Source of the DNA: Patescibacteria group bacterium
GTDB lineage: Bacteria; Patescibacteriota; Minisyncoccia; Phycocordibacterales; PALSA-1337
Assembly: GCA_038061795.1 (NCBI GenBank)
Contig: JBBTYL010000003.1
Location: 41 to 64,040, forward strand
DNA: 64,000 nt
Reading direction: 5' to 3'
A model generated the notes under the pieces. That model saw only the letters and a program-made list of their open reading frames with translations, was not told the origin of the DNA and made no database searches. Made by a program: the position numbers and the translations under genes. Shown piece by piece: positions 1-9,074 of this stretch (the first letter of the stretch is position 1; each line of letters begins with the position of its first letter).

Positions 1-16
1 TATATCATTAGTTTAA

Positions 17-48
17 CAAAAAGAAAAGGACCGATGCGAGACCGGCCC
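17..48 (-). terminator. Rho-independent terminator downstream of small ORF 72..167
   Basis: Minus strand GGGCCG-N9-CGGUCC hairpin (28..48) followed directly by UUUUCUUUUUGUU. Confidence 0.45.
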
Positions 49-71
49 ATTTTCCTTATTTCGAAACACGC

Positions 72-167
72 CTATGGCTTTCCGTAATGGAACCCATCGT
101 CGTCCTCGTAGCCTGCAGGAATGTAGCGAATAACGAACCAATTCCAAAGGAATCCGAGTGCTTTCAT
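72..167 (-). CDS. Small hypothetical protein, 31 aa (MKALGFLWNWFVIRYIPAGYEDDDGFHYGKP)
   Basis: ATG at 167 with GGGAGGA 5 nt upstream, a rare strong SD in this window. TAG stop at 72..74. Own terminator downstream. Below the ORF-track size cutoff. Confidence 0.35.
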   Translation of the reverse strand: MKALGFLWNWFVIRYIPAGYEDDDGFHYGKP

Positions 168-213
168 GGCTGTCCTCCCAGGTTGACCGAATTTACTGAC
201 ACGAGTGCTAACT

Positions 214-231
214 GGAGTATAATTATACTCC
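214..231. promoter_or_regulatory. Perfect 18-bp palindrome GGAGTATAATTATACTCC carrying a TATAAT on each strand
   Basis: Read directly. The minus-strand TATAAT (222..227) lies about 50 nt upstream of small ORF 72..167. The site is just downstream of rpsI. Confidence 0.35.
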
Positions 232-275
232 TATACAAAAAAGAAAACCCCTTGTGGGAGTATTCTTTTTGTGTC

Positions 276-686
276 TTATCGCTTTGACCACTGAGGAGAC
301 TTTCGGGCTTTCTTGAGACCGAACTTTCGGCGCTCCTTTGCTCGTGGATCTCGCTTGAGGAGGCCAGCCTTCTTAAGCCTGCCTCGAAGCTCTTTGTCCC
401 ACTCGATAAGGGCTCTTGCGCAGCCATGCCGCATAGCATCTGCCTGTCCGCTGATTCCTCCGCCACTTACTACCACAGTTACCTTGAATTTCGTTTCAGA
501 AAGCTTTGACTCTGTGAAGGATTCGACTGCCGACATCTGAAGCTCTTTTGTTGGGAAATACGTCTCAAGGCTCTTGCCGTTAATGTCGTATGATTGCTTG
601 GAAGCAGGCATAATGCGCACTCGAGCAGAAGCCGTCTTTCGTCGTCCGATTGCCTCTATGTATTTTTCTGATTTGATAGTAGACAT
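276..686 (-). CDS. rpsI: 30S ribosomal protein S9
   Basis: C-terminus GGGISGQADAMRHGCARAL...RDPRAKERRKFGLKKARKSPQWSKR is the S9 signature. Follows rplM as in the conserved operon. Confidence 0.95.
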   Translation of the reverse strand: MSTIKSEKYIEAIGRRKTASARVRIMPASKQSYDINGKSLETYFPTKELQMSAVESFTESKLSETKFKVTVVVSGGGISGQADAMRHGCARALIEWDKELRGRLKKAGLLKRDPRAKERRKFGLKKARKSPQWSKR

Positions 687-690
687 GGTG

Positions 691-1035
691 TTATTCGGTA
701 ATGGTTAAATTCTTCATCATCTGCTTACGAAGGCTGTTAGATGGAAGCATTCGATATACGGCCCTCTCAAAAACCTCCTTCGTCCCTTTTCGAGCGATAA
801 GGGCTGAAAGCTTTTCTGTATAAATTCCGCCTCGAAAGCCTGTGAAAGTCACATACTCCTTATCATCAAGCTTCTTGACATCAAAAGCCGCCTTGTTCGT
901 GTTTATGATCTTGACCTGAACGCCGGAAACCTTATTCCTAACGAATGAAGTCGTTCGCTTGCCCATCAGGAAGCTTGCTGCCTCGCTTGCAACCCGTCCT
1001 AGCTTCTTATTTTGTGCGTCTATTGTGTGTATCAT
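691..1035 (-). CDS. rplM: 50S ribosomal protein L13 (short form, 114 aa)
   Basis: IDAQNKKLGRVASEAASFLMGK... is an L13 N-terminal motif. rplM-rpsI gene pair. Confidence 0.92.
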   Translation of the reverse strand: MIHTIDAQNKKLGRVASEAASFLMGKRTTSFVRNKVSGVQVKIINTNKAAFDVKKLDDKEYVTFTGFRGGIYTEKLSALIARKGTKEVFERAVYRMLPSNSLRKQMMKNLTITE

Positions 1036-1040
1036 GTTAA

Positions 1041-1391
1041 TTATACAAATTCAATCATGGCCATCGGCGCAGCGTCAAGCTCACGGCGGGCAATCTTAAT
1101 AATTCGCGTATATCCGCCTTTTCTATCTTTGTATTTAGGCGCAATGACATCGAAAAGCTCTTTGACTTCCTTAACACCGCCTATTTTTGAGACAATAAGC
1201 CGTCTGGATGCCAAGGATCCTGACTTTGCCTTTGTGACAAGCTTCTCGACATAAGGCCGAAGCTCCTTTGCCTTCGGCAAGGTCGTCGTGATCCTGCTTT
1301 CATTGATTAGGTTCCGAGCAAGAGAACGCATCAAAGCATTTCTTTGGTCTTTTTCTCGTCCGAATTTTCTTGTTGATGAATGATGTCTCAT
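1041..1391 (-). CDS. rplQ: 50S ribosomal protein L17
   Basis: MRHHSSTRKFGREKDQRNALMRSLARNLI... is a typical L17 start. Sits downstream of rpoA. Confidence 0.95.
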   Translation of the reverse strand: MRHHSSTRKFGREKDQRNALMRSLARNLINESRITTTLPKAKELRPYVEKLVTKAKSGSLASRRLIVSKIGGVKEVKELFDVIAPKYKDRKGGYTRIIKIARRELDAAPMAMIEFV

Positions 1392-1409
1392 GTTCTTATG
1401 TTAAATGGA

Positions 1410-2378
1410 TTACTTAAGGGTGATGTTGTACTGTGACAACACCTTTTTGATTTCTTGGATTCCTTTGCTTCCTAGGCCTTCGATATCGAGGATGTCGACT
1501 TCCTTCTTCCTGGCAAGGCCGCCAACCGTTCGGATATTCGCGCTTGTAAGGGCCTTAGTCGTTCGCGCAGACAAGCCGATGGCATCGATTCGCGTCTTGA
1601 GGAATTCTACGTCAAATTCCTGCTTCGCATCACTATCGGCTGAAGCAGCTGATTCTTCGTTTTTTTCCTCAACAATCGCCTCTTCTTCTTTGAAGCCGAC
1701 AATAGACTTAAGCTGCATGATCATAAGGGAAATCGAGTTCTCCAAAGCCTCTTTTGGCATAAGCGTCCCGTCTGTCTCGATAGAAATTCTCAATCGATTG
1801 AAATCTGTCCGGTCGCCGACTCGCATGTTTTCAACCTCGTAGTTAGCCTTCTTGATTGGCGTGAATGTCGCATCGATTGAAATCGTTCCGATATCGACTC
1901 GATCCTTCGTAATAATTTCCTTTGCTACATATCCGAGGCCTTTCTCAACCGTAATTTCAACATCGAGATCAGAACCTTTATCCGTAAGAGTGGCAATAAG
2001 AAGCTCTGGGTTGAGTATCTCAACCTGGCCTGGGCATTCTATATCCTTTGCAGTCACAGTCTTCACGCCCTTTGCCTTGAGAGTGATTGTTTGCGGTTCA
2101 TCGCCAATAAGCTTGATTCGGAGTTTTTTGAAATTGAGAAGAAGCGTTATAACATCCTCCTTTACTCCATTCAGAGAAGAAAATTCATGCTCAACGCCCT
2201 TGATTTTCACTTTTGTAACCGCTGAACCAGGGAGTGATGAAAGGATAATCCTTCGAAGAGAATTTCCAAGAGTATGTCCGTAGCCAGGATAAAGGCCGTC
2301 GATTTCATAAATGCCGCTGAATCCCTCCTCACGGATTATTTTCGGTTTTGATGGAACGATAATTGAATGATTTGACAT
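1410..2378 (-). CDS. rpoA: DNA-directed RNA polymerase subunit alpha
   Basis: N-terminal domain GYGHTLGNSLRRILLSS motif and a C-terminal alpha-CTD (LSARTTKALTSANIRTVGGL). Position rpsD-rpoA-rplQ. Confidence 0.95.
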   Translation of the reverse strand: MSNHSIIVPSKPKIIREEGFSGIYEIDGLYPGYGHTLGNSLRRIILSSLPGSAVTKVKIKGVEHEFSSLNGVKEDVITLLLNFKKLRIKLIGDEPQTITLKAKGVKTVTAKDIECPGQVEILNPELLIATLTDKGSDLDVEITVEKGLGYVAKEIITKDRVDIGTISIDATFTPIKKANYEVENMRVGDRTDFNRLRISIETDGTLMPKEALENSISLMIMQLKSIVGFKEEEAIVEEKNEESAASADSDAKQEFDVEFLKTRIDAIGLSARTTKALTSANIRTVGGLARKKEVDILDIEGLGSKGIQEIKKVLSQYNITLK

Positions 2379-2403
2379 ATTTTTATTATTAAAATATTAA
2401 ATT

Positions 2404-3018
2404 TTATCGGCTATAAAATTCCAAAACCGCCCCCACATTAAACATCAGCTCAGAGTGAAGGATATTCGGGTTTCCATCGACTTTGACCTCCTTTTTATCA
2501 AAATTAAGCTTGAGCCATGCTGGAATCTTGATGGCCTTCAATCGTTCATCAAGCGCTGAGAAAAGAGCTTTTTTCTTGCTGCCTTCTCGTATGCCGATAA
2601 CATCCCCTACTTTCACATGATATGAAGGAATGGTGATGATCTTGCCATTGACTGTGAGATGACCGTGAGATGTCATCTGTCTGGCTGCCTGTCGCGTCGT
2701 AGCATAACCGGCTCGGAGAGCTACGTTATCTAGACGTGACTCCAGAAGCCCAGTAAGAATATCGGCAGTATTTCCCCTCTTTTCTGTCGCCTTTTGCACA
2801 TAGTTCGTAAACTGCTTGCTAGTAATTCCGTAGCTGTATCGAGCTTTCTGCTTCTCTATCATTCCAAGTCCGAAATCGCTTTTAGCGCGGGGCTTCTTGC
2901 CCATGCCCCTTCCGACGGATTTTTGCTCTGAACGCACAGCAAATTTCTGGGTCTGAGTCTTCTCAAAGATGTTTGCCCCGAGTCGTCGCGCTATTTTGTA
3001 TTTTGGTCCGATAATCAT
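2404..3018 (-). CDS. rpsD: 30S ribosomal protein S4
   Basis: GPKYKIARRLG start, S4 RNA-binding domain (RLDNVALRAGYATTRQAARQ), operon context. Confidence 0.95.
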   Translation of the reverse strand: MIIGPKYKIARRLGANIFEKTQTQKFAVRSEQKSVGRGMGKKPRAKSDFGLGMIEKQKARYSYGITSKQFTNYVQKATEKRGNTADILTGLLESRLDNVALRAGYATTRQAARQMTSHGHLTVNGKIITIPSYHVKVGDVIGIREGSKKKALFSALDERLKAIKIPAWLKLNFDKKEVKVDGNPNILHSELMFNVGAVLEFYSR

Positions 3019-3046
3019 ATTATTTATTAAAATTAATGAGCCTGCA

Positions 3047-3475
3047 TTATACTCGTCGAGGCTTCTTTGGCTGCGGACCGTTGAATGGCACAGGAGTCTC
3101 GTCCTTGATAGAGGAAATCACTGCTCCTTTAGAAATAAAGCCTCGAATCGCTGACTCTCGTCCTGATCCGACGCCTTTCACTACTACTCTTATTTCCTTG
3201 AGGCCAAGGAGGGCTGCCTTTGATGCAAGGGTCTCGCCGACCTTCGCTGCTGCAAAAGGAGTCCCTTTTTTTGCACCCTTGAATCCAAGGCTTCCGCTCG
3301 ATGACCACATGATCGCATTTCCGTCATTGTCAGTAAGGAGAACCTTGGTATTATTATAAGTTGACTGGACGTAAAGCACGCCTGAATCAAGGCGCTTTTT
3401 AGAAGCAGATGGCTGCTTTGCAGCGCCCTCCTTCTTTGTCTCCCCTTCAGTTGTAACAATTCTTTTTTTTCCCAT
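3047..3475 (-). CDS. rpsK: 30S ribosomal protein S11
   Basis: GVLYVQSTYNNTKVLLTDNDGNAI...GFKGAKKGTPFAA are S11 motifs. Confidence 0.95.
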   Translation of the reverse strand: MGKKRIVTTEGETKKEGAAKQPSASKKRLDSGVLYVQSTYNNTKVLLTDNDGNAIMWSSSGSLGFKGAKKGTPFAAAKVGETLASKAALLGLKEIRVVVKGVGSGRESAIRGFISKGAVISSIKDETPVPFNGPQPKKPRRV

Positions 3476-3478
3476 AAA

Positions 3479-3859
3479 TTATTTCTTTTCTTCCTTCTTT
3501 CGTCCTGAACCCATCGTCTTTCTGGTGTTTCCACGCACCGTTCGAGAATTTGTTTTGGTCCGTTGGCCTCTCACTGGAAGGCGTCGTGCGTGGCGCGTGC
3601 CTCTGTATGTCTTGATATCCTTGTGTCTCTTAATGTTTGACGCAACCTCACGCTTGAGATCGCCTTCGATTCTGAATGACTCAATGATCTTTCGAACTTC
3701 ATTCTCCTGATCGACCGTGAGATCCTTGGCTGCGAGCGCTGGATCAATTTTTGCTTTTTTCAAAATAAAGAGCGCTCGGGATCGTCCTACTCCATAAAGC
3801 GCCGTGAGTGAAATCTCAAGTCTTTTAGCATCCGGAATTGTAATACCTAATATTCGCAT
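3479..3859 (-). CDS. rpsM: 30S ribosomal protein S13
   Basis: MRILGITIPDAKRLEISLTALYGVG...YRGTRHARRLPVRGQRTKTNSRT. Confidence 0.95.
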   Translation of the reverse strand: MRILGITIPDAKRLEISLTALYGVGRSRALFILKKAKIDPALAAKDLTVDQENEVRKIIESFRIEGDLKREVASNIKRHKDIKTYRGTRHARRLPVRGQRTKTNSRTVRGNTRKTMGSGRKKEEKK

Positions 3860-3872
3860 AATATTTTTTTAA

Positions 3873-3989
3873 TTATCCCTGTCGCTGTTTATGGCGAGGA
3901 TTAGCTTGGCAAATGACATAAACGCAGCCCTTTCGTCGGACTACTTTGCACTTCGGGCAGATTTTCTTGACTGATGCTTTGACCTTCAT
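3873..3989 (-). CDS. rpmJ: 50S ribosomal protein L36 (38 aa)
   Basis: Hand translation gives [38 protein letters not shown]. Lies between infA and rpsM. Missed by the ORF track because of its size. Confidence 0.9.
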   Translation of the reverse strand: MKVKASVKKICPKCKVVRRKGCVYVICQANPRHKQRQG

Positions 3990-4008
3990 TCGATATTAAA
4001 ATTTATTG

Positions 4009-4245
4009 TTAAAGTCTTTTTGTAATCCTAGCCCTCCCTCCGTATGGATCTAGGGTAAGCTCTACCTTGTCACCGATCAGTATCCTGATGTGGTGCATCC
4101 TCATCTTCCCTGCCAAGTACGCAAGCACGACTTCCTCCTCTCCATCAATCCTCACTCTAAACAAAGTATCTGGCAGAGCTTCGGTAACTATACCGTACGC
4201 CGTAGCTTTTTTTTGCTCTTGAGTATTTTTTGTGTTGGAATCCAT
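4009..4245 (-). CDS. infA: Translation initiation factor IF-1
   Basis: S1-like core GIVTEALPDTLFRVRIDGEEEVVLAYLAGKMRMHHIRILIGDKVELTLDPY. Start set at the internal MDSNTK; the ORF track extends to 4281. Confidence 0.88.
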   Translation of the reverse strand: MDSNTKNTQEQKKATAYGIVTEALPDTLFRVRIDGEEEVVLAYLAGKMRMHHIRILIGDKVELTLDPYGGRARITKRL

Positions 4246-4329
4246 CAAAATTTTCGCGTTTAGCCATACTATCAGAAGCACTAGATAAAAGTCAAGTACC
4301 GCGTCAATACCTAGTATCGAAAAATAATC

Positions 4330-5637
4330 TTATTCGGCTTTATATTCCAGTATAATCTTTTCCGCTGAGTTTGGAAAGGACCTCATCCAGAATGGCGTAA
4401 TTAGAGCGTAAGCATTGCTTATAGCCGTATATTTGCCAAATACGGCGTTGCTTGCCTTAAGATCGATGCCTTTAAGCTCATCCTTTAGTTTAGATTCAGA
4501 AAATGTTCCAGTTATTGAAATCGGGCCACTTAGCGTGAATATCATCGGCGTGCCTTTCTTAATTGAAAAATCCTTTGCATTTGAAACTTTGAAATTCAAA
4601 TTAGCATCCCCGCCAACAATATACGTATCTGATGGGAATTTTTGAATCTCTCTGCCAGCTATGAACTTTATAAGCGCATCGGCCTTGAAGATTGCAGCGT
4701 ACGCAGTTCCCTTCACGATGATATCAGCGGAAGTATTTTCTTTCATTACTGGCTCTAGATTCGTATATTCAATCGTGTATGCGCTATCGTAAAGTATGAA
4801 TCCACTAGGAACGGCGGCTTTCAGCTTTGCTAGCAGCTGCTCCCTAAGGGCTCCCTGCAGTGCTGTAACTGCAGCTTTCTGCGCGTCGGGGACTATGATC
4901 ATTTTGTTTCCAGAAAATCCACTGGTAATGTCTGTTTTTAGGCGAGCATAAAAACCGTCATATTTCGGCGTGCCCTTATAACCGACGATTTTGTAATCGC
5001 CTTTAAGGTCAGCGATGGACGCATTGTAGTTTGCACCAGCCTGATCAGCAACTATAGCAACTTCTATGCTGCCTGGAGACGTTTTTTTTCCGGGAACGCT
5101 GATTGTGACAGTCGTGCGGTATATAAGGCCGTCAGGATTGGATAATCGCGTTCCTGCCACCAAAGTCTGGGCAGTACTGCTGAAATTATTGTAAATTACG
5201 GCTGTGCCTTTTGCCTTTGTCTGAACTGCTGGACCGCTTGTTGCAGGTATGACCTGATGCGCCTCATCGGAAACGCTTACGACCTCATATCCAAGCTCAG
5301 TTCCTGATGCATTTTTCTTTGCGGTAAACGTCCCATTCACATCAAAGTCAGTAACCTTGGGTGTTATAGTGACGACAGCTTTTGAATATGAAAGTGAAAG
5401 AGCAATGCCGATTACGGCTATGCAGACAAAGACAATAAAAAAACTGAGAACATATTTCCCCGTACTCCTCTTCCTTTTTGGAAGCTCCTCATCTCGATCA
5501 GCACGAGCGGCTGACCTAACCGTGGTTTTTCGGCGCGAAGTTTTCACAGGAGCATCCACTTCGTGTTCGATTGGAATATTCCTGATTGAACGTCTTCCAG
5601 TTGGAACGATATCTTGTACGACTTTTTTTGAAGGCAT
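4330..5637 (-). CDS. Hypothetical bitopic membrane protein (basic cytoplasmic N-terminus, one TM, large extracytoplasmic domain)
   Basis: 435-aa ORF. TM segment YVLSFFIVFVCIAVIGIALSLSY follows an R/K-rich head. No family recognised. Confidence 0.55.
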   Translation of the reverse strand: MPSKKVVQDIVPTGRRSIRNIPIEHEVDAPVKTSRRKTTVRSAARADRDEELPKRKRSTGKYVLSFFIVFVCIAVIGIALSLSYSKAVVTITPKVTDFDVNGTFTAKKNASGTELGYEVVSVSDEAHQVIPATSGPAVQTKAKGTAVIYNNFSSTAQTLVAGTRLSNPDGLIYRTTVTISVPGKKTSPGSIEVAIVADQAGANYNASIADLKGDYKIVGYKGTPKYDGFYARLKTDITSGFSGNKMIIVPDAQKAAVTALQGALREQLLAKLKAAVPSGFILYDSAYTIEYTNLEPVMKENTSADIIVKGTAYAAIFKADALIKFIAGREIQKFPSDTYIVGGDANLNFKVSNAKDFSIKKGTPMIFTLSGPISITGTFSESKLKDELKGIDLKASNAVFGKYTAISNAYALITPFWMRSFPNSAEKIILEYKAE

Positions 5638-5654
5638 AAATCTGTTTGCAAAAA

Positions 5655-6773
5655 TTATAACACAGTTCCAAGTGCAAGAGTATACATCTGCATCATAGTG
5701 CTCTGTGAAGAACCTTTTTCAAATGTTATCTTGCCAGGCTTTGAAACAGAATCATATGGAATAATGCTCAAGCTCAGGTCAGGTCGAAAAAGCAAGGCGT
5801 CCTTAAAGAGATCGAAGTGGCTGTGGGCCGCAAGATAGACGGTGCGAGGAATGCTTGTGCTGTCGAATTTAGAAACGAAGGACTTGATGCATGAATCCGC
5901 CCATTCCTGAAGGAGCGGCGTGACGGCTTTTTGAACTGATGATTTTTCAGCTTCGCTCAGCTTATCGCCTTGATAGAGAGAAAGGAGCGAGTCGCTTGAT
6001 TCTATGCCTTGGTTTGTAAGGCTGGCGATTTTTCGCTGCAACGCAGAAATACCGAAGGGAAAGGACGCTAGATGTCTGCAAAGATTGTTTTTGACTATGA
6101 CCACATCGGTCAATTCGCCGTGCACATGAATATAGATATATTCATGCTTGTCGTCCAGTATTTCACGAAGAGCTGCATATTGCATAAGAAGCGCGGAATT
6201 ATGCGTAAAGCTTCGAATATCAAGCCTGCCTTGAACGACTGAGTGCAATTTCGAAAGAAAACTCGTCGATGCGAACGATGTCGCCAATGAAAGCTCGAGC
6301 ATATGCGCTCTTTTCGAATCGAAATATGCGGTTGTGTAGCCGTTGAGCTTAATCTCGAAGATTTTCTGCTCAACAGCTTGTGCATCCTCGCCCATATCCT
6401 GCTTTAATTCACCCTTTATAAGATCAGCCAGCACGCCAGAATCAATCGCCGTTTCTTTCTTGTAATCGATTTTTATCGTCTTCAGCTGTGAGCTTATCCA
6501 AGGTGATGACAGTATGTAATGGATTTCTGAAACCCTCGGAGCGTCCTTGGCAAGATGCTCAATGACTTCTGACACAAGTTTTAGTACTCTTTTCATCAGG
6601 TGAGACCCGTTAGCGATGTGCGTCTTGCTTGGAATTGATCTAGTGACTACGGATAGTATATGCGCGGAACCGTCTATATCCCGAGAAACAAGCGCTCCAC
6701 GAACAAGCCCGCTTTGGATATCAAGAATGATGCTTTGCCTCCCCTCTTTAGTATGAGAAAAAAACGGGAACAT
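5655..6773 (-). CDS. Actin-fold ATPase-like protein (FtsA/PilM-like), tentative
   Basis: N-terminal SIILDIQSGLVRGALV resembles the phosphate-1 motif of FtsA/PilM. 372 aa. Tightly followed by the bitopic membrane protein. Confidence 0.4.
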   Translation of the reverse strand: MFPFFSHTKEGRQSIILDIQSGLVRGALVSRDIDGSAHILSVVTRSIPSKTHIANGSHLMKRVLKLVSEVIEHLAKDAPRVSEIHYILSSPWISSQLKTIKIDYKKETAIDSGVLADLIKGELKQDMGEDAQAVEQKIFEIKLNGYTTAYFDSKRAHMLELSLATSFASTSFLSKLHSVVQGRLDIRSFTHNSALLMQYAALREILDDKHEYIYIHVHGELTDVVIVKNNLCRHLASFPFGISALQRKIASLTNQGIESSDSLLSLYQGDKLSEAEKSSVQKAVTPLLQEWADSCIKSFVSKFDSTSIPRTVYLAAHSHFDLFKDALLFRPDLSLSIIPYDSVSKPGKITFEKGSSQSTMMQMYTLALGTVL

Positions 6774-6798
6774 GATGAAAACATTATATCATGCTTTT

Positions 6799-8607
6799 TT
6801 ATTGTAAAATCGCTTTTATCCTTCGCACGCCCTGAGACGATGCTTCTTCTTTTTGTATCTTGAATGTTCCGAGCTCTGAAGTGTTCTTTACATGAGGTCC
6901 TCCGCAGAATTCTTTTGAATATGCTGACTCAAGCGAATCACCGATATAGTAAATGGAGATCTCGTCGCCGTATTTTTCTCCGAAGAAGTGACGTGCCCCA
7001 GTTTTTTCAGCTTCTGCTCTTGGCAGAGTAATGTTCTGTACAGGCAAAGCTTTGCTAATTTTATCGTTCACAATGACCTCAACTTTCTTTTTTTGCTCAT
7101 CGGTCATTTTTTGTCCATATGAGAAATCGAATCGCAATCGCTCTGGTGTGATGTTGGATCCCTTCTGATCAGCACCTTCACCGAGCACATCATGGAGCGC
7201 TTGATGAAGAAGATGTGTTGCCGTATGATATTTGATTACTTGAGGATCATTTGCATCGGCAAGGCCGCCTTTGAACTTTTGTTCTGCGCCAGATCGAGAG
7301 AGGGATTGGTGCTTCTTGAATTCTGCTTCATAGCCAGCGATATCGATGACAAGATTCTTTTCTTTTGCAAGCTCTTTTGTTACATCAATTGGAAGTCCAT
7401 AAGATGAAAACAACATGAAAGCATCTGCTCCAGAAATTGAGCCTGATTTTGCAAGACGTTCAAACTCTTTGATTCCATGAGCAAGGGCTGTGGCAAATTT
7501 ATTGGCTTCCTCAATCAACACTTTCTTAATATGATCCTTTTTTTCTGTAAGTTCTGGATACGCTTGAGCGTATGTGTCAGCAATCGTATCCACAAAAACA
7601 CTTATTCTTTTTTCATCAAGCATCTTATCAGTCGTGCTTATGATTGCTCGTCGAATGAGACGTCGAAGGATATATCCACGGTCTGTGTTTGAGGGAATTA
7701 CTCCATCTGCAATGAGAAATGTGCCTGCACGAAGATGATCAGCGATAATTCTCTTGTTCCGAATTGTCTGATCAGGATTCTTCATGAGGCTCATCACTGG
7801 CTTGAACAGATCCGTATCATAAATATTATCAACGCCCTGAAGCGTCATTGTTAGCCGCTCAAGTCCTGCTCCTGTATCCACAGAAGGCTTTGGCAAAGTG
7901 CCAATTATTTTTCCATCCTTCTTTTCATACTGCATGAATACGTCGTTCCAGACCTCCACGACATCTCGTGCATTATCAGCTTGAAGGAACTCTTCATGAG
8001 TTATGCCTTTGCCTCCGAATTTTCCTGCAATATCATAATACATCTCTGTATCAGGACCGCAGGGACCGTTCTCACCGGCTTCCCACCAGTTCATTGAAGC
8101 AGGCATGTAAAAAATCCTGTTTCCATCGATACTATTTTTCTTGAAAATCTCTCTCCAGATATCTGCAGCCTCATCATCCTTCGACGCATTTGCATCGCCT
8201 TCGAAAACCGTTATATAAAGCTGTGAAGGATTGAGCCCAAGCCCCTCCTCTTTATCAGTCAAAAATTCATAGCTCCAATTGATTGCTTCTTTTTTAAAGT
8301 AATTTCCGAGCGACCAATTGCCGAGCATTTCGAAAAATGTGGCATGAGTCTTGTCTCCAATGTCATCAATATCGACTGTTCGAAGACATTTTTGAGAGTC
8401 TACGAGACGAGTCCCCTGCGGATGAGGCTTTCCGAGCAGATACGGAACAAGAGGCTGCATACCTGCAGTATTAAAAAGTGTTGCATTCGTAACCCCCTTT
8501 TCATCCGGAGTCACAAGAGAAGCTGAAGGAATGATTGCGTGCCCTCTTTTCTCAAAGAAAGCAAGAAATTTCGAGCGAATTTCTGATGAGGTCATCTGGA
8601 GATTCAT
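6799..8607 (-). CDS. alaS: Alanine--tRNA ligase, short form lacking the C-Ala/DHHA1 region
   Basis: SEIRSKFLAFFEKRGHAIIPSASLV start, the editing-domain HxxxH (HTATHLLHQALH) and CGGPHV. The protein ends about 30 aa after the editing domain (602 aa). Confidence 0.92.
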   Translation of the reverse strand: MNLQMTSSEIRSKFLAFFEKRGHAIIPSASLVTPDEKGVTNATLFNTAGMQPLVPYLLGKPHPQGTRLVDSQKCLRTVDIDDIGDKTHATFFEMLGNWSLGNYFKKEAINWSYEFLTDKEEGLGLNPSQLYITVFEGDANASKDDEAADIWREIFKKNSIDGNRIFYMPASMNWWEAGENGPCGPDTEMYYDIAGKFGGKGITHEEFLQADNARDVVEVWNDVFMQYEKKDGKIIGTLPKPSVDTGAGLERLTMTLQGVDNIYDTDLFKPVMSLMKNPDQTIRNKRIIADHLRAGTFLIADGVIPSNTDRGYILRRLIRRAIISTTDKMLDEKRISVFVDTIADTYAQAYPELTEKKDHIKKVLIEEANKFATALAHGIKEFERLAKSGSISGADAFMLFSSYGLPIDVTKELAKEKNLVIDIAGYEAEFKKHQSLSRSGAEQKFKGGLADANDPQVIKYHTATHLLHQALHDVLGEGADQKGSNITPERLRFDFSYGQKMTDEQKKKVEVIVNDKISKALPVQNITLPRAEAEKTGARHFFGEKYGDEISIYYIGDSLESAYSKEFCGGPHVKNTSELGTFKIQKEEASSQGVRRIKAILQ

Positions 8608-8640
8608 GGAGGTGAGTTTAGCATATTATAAGTATTTTTT

Positions 8641-8685
8641 AAAATAAAAAAGCGACGTCGCAGGATTAATCCTATTACGCCGCTT
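8641..8685 (-). terminator. Rho-independent terminator of the 9182..8703 two-gene cassette
   Basis: Minus strand AAGCGGCGU...ACGUCGCUU 9-bp stem (one G-U) enclosing the AGGAUUAAUCCU palindrome, then UUUUAUUUU. Confidence 0.5.
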
Positions 8686-8702
8686 AAGTTGTGTGACCAT
8701 GC

Positions 8703-9014
8703 TTAGTGGGAGTGCCGGCGCTGAATGTGTAAGAGCCGTTCGCAGATCCCCGTTGCAATTCCAGGAACATCACAGACCGACACACCCTCCCGAACAGTTT
8801 CGGGTTGGTGACTGATAAGGATGACGACGTCATTTGTCTCAGTTGCTGTGTTCGCAAAATCAATGTCGTCAGTGACAACAACCGATGTGACGAGTTCCTT
8901 TGAGGGTCCTGTATATCCCTTACACCACCTGACGATTCCATGAGCCACCTGCTCAAGGATAGTCTGTAAATGTCGCAGATTACTTGTTAGATGCGTCTGG
9001 GTTACGATATTCAT
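8703..9014 (-). CDS. Hypothetical protein (103 aa), visibly more G+C-rich than flanks
   Basis: ORF with its own promoter and terminator. No family recognised. Confidence 0.45.
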   Translation of the reverse strand: MNIVTQTHLTSNLRHLQTILEQVAHGIVRWCKGYTGPSKELVTSVVVTDDIDFANTATETNDVVILISHQPETVREGVSVCDVPGIATGICERLLHIQRRHSH

Positions 9015-9074
9015 ACTATTGCTGAATGGTTTGGTTCAGGTACCTGGCCCTTTCTTAGCCGACCTGTTGGTTTG

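Noticed and set aside
1036-1046. TATAAT 4 nt upstream of the rplM ATG as another leaderless promoter
   Set aside because: The spacing is too short for the pattern seen elsewhere, and it lies inside the rplQ stop region of a continuous operon. It is probably coincidental in AT-rich sequence.
3190-3534. 114-aa minus-strand ORF overlapping rpsK and rpsM
   Set aside because: It is out of frame with two highly conserved ribosomal-protein genes and has an Arg/Lys-rich nonsense composition.
8684-8956. 90-aa ORF overlapping 8703..9014 in another frame
   Set aside because: It is an alternative frame of the same G+C-rich segment. The 103-aa frame fits the promoter and terminator boundaries better, and the two cannot both be real.
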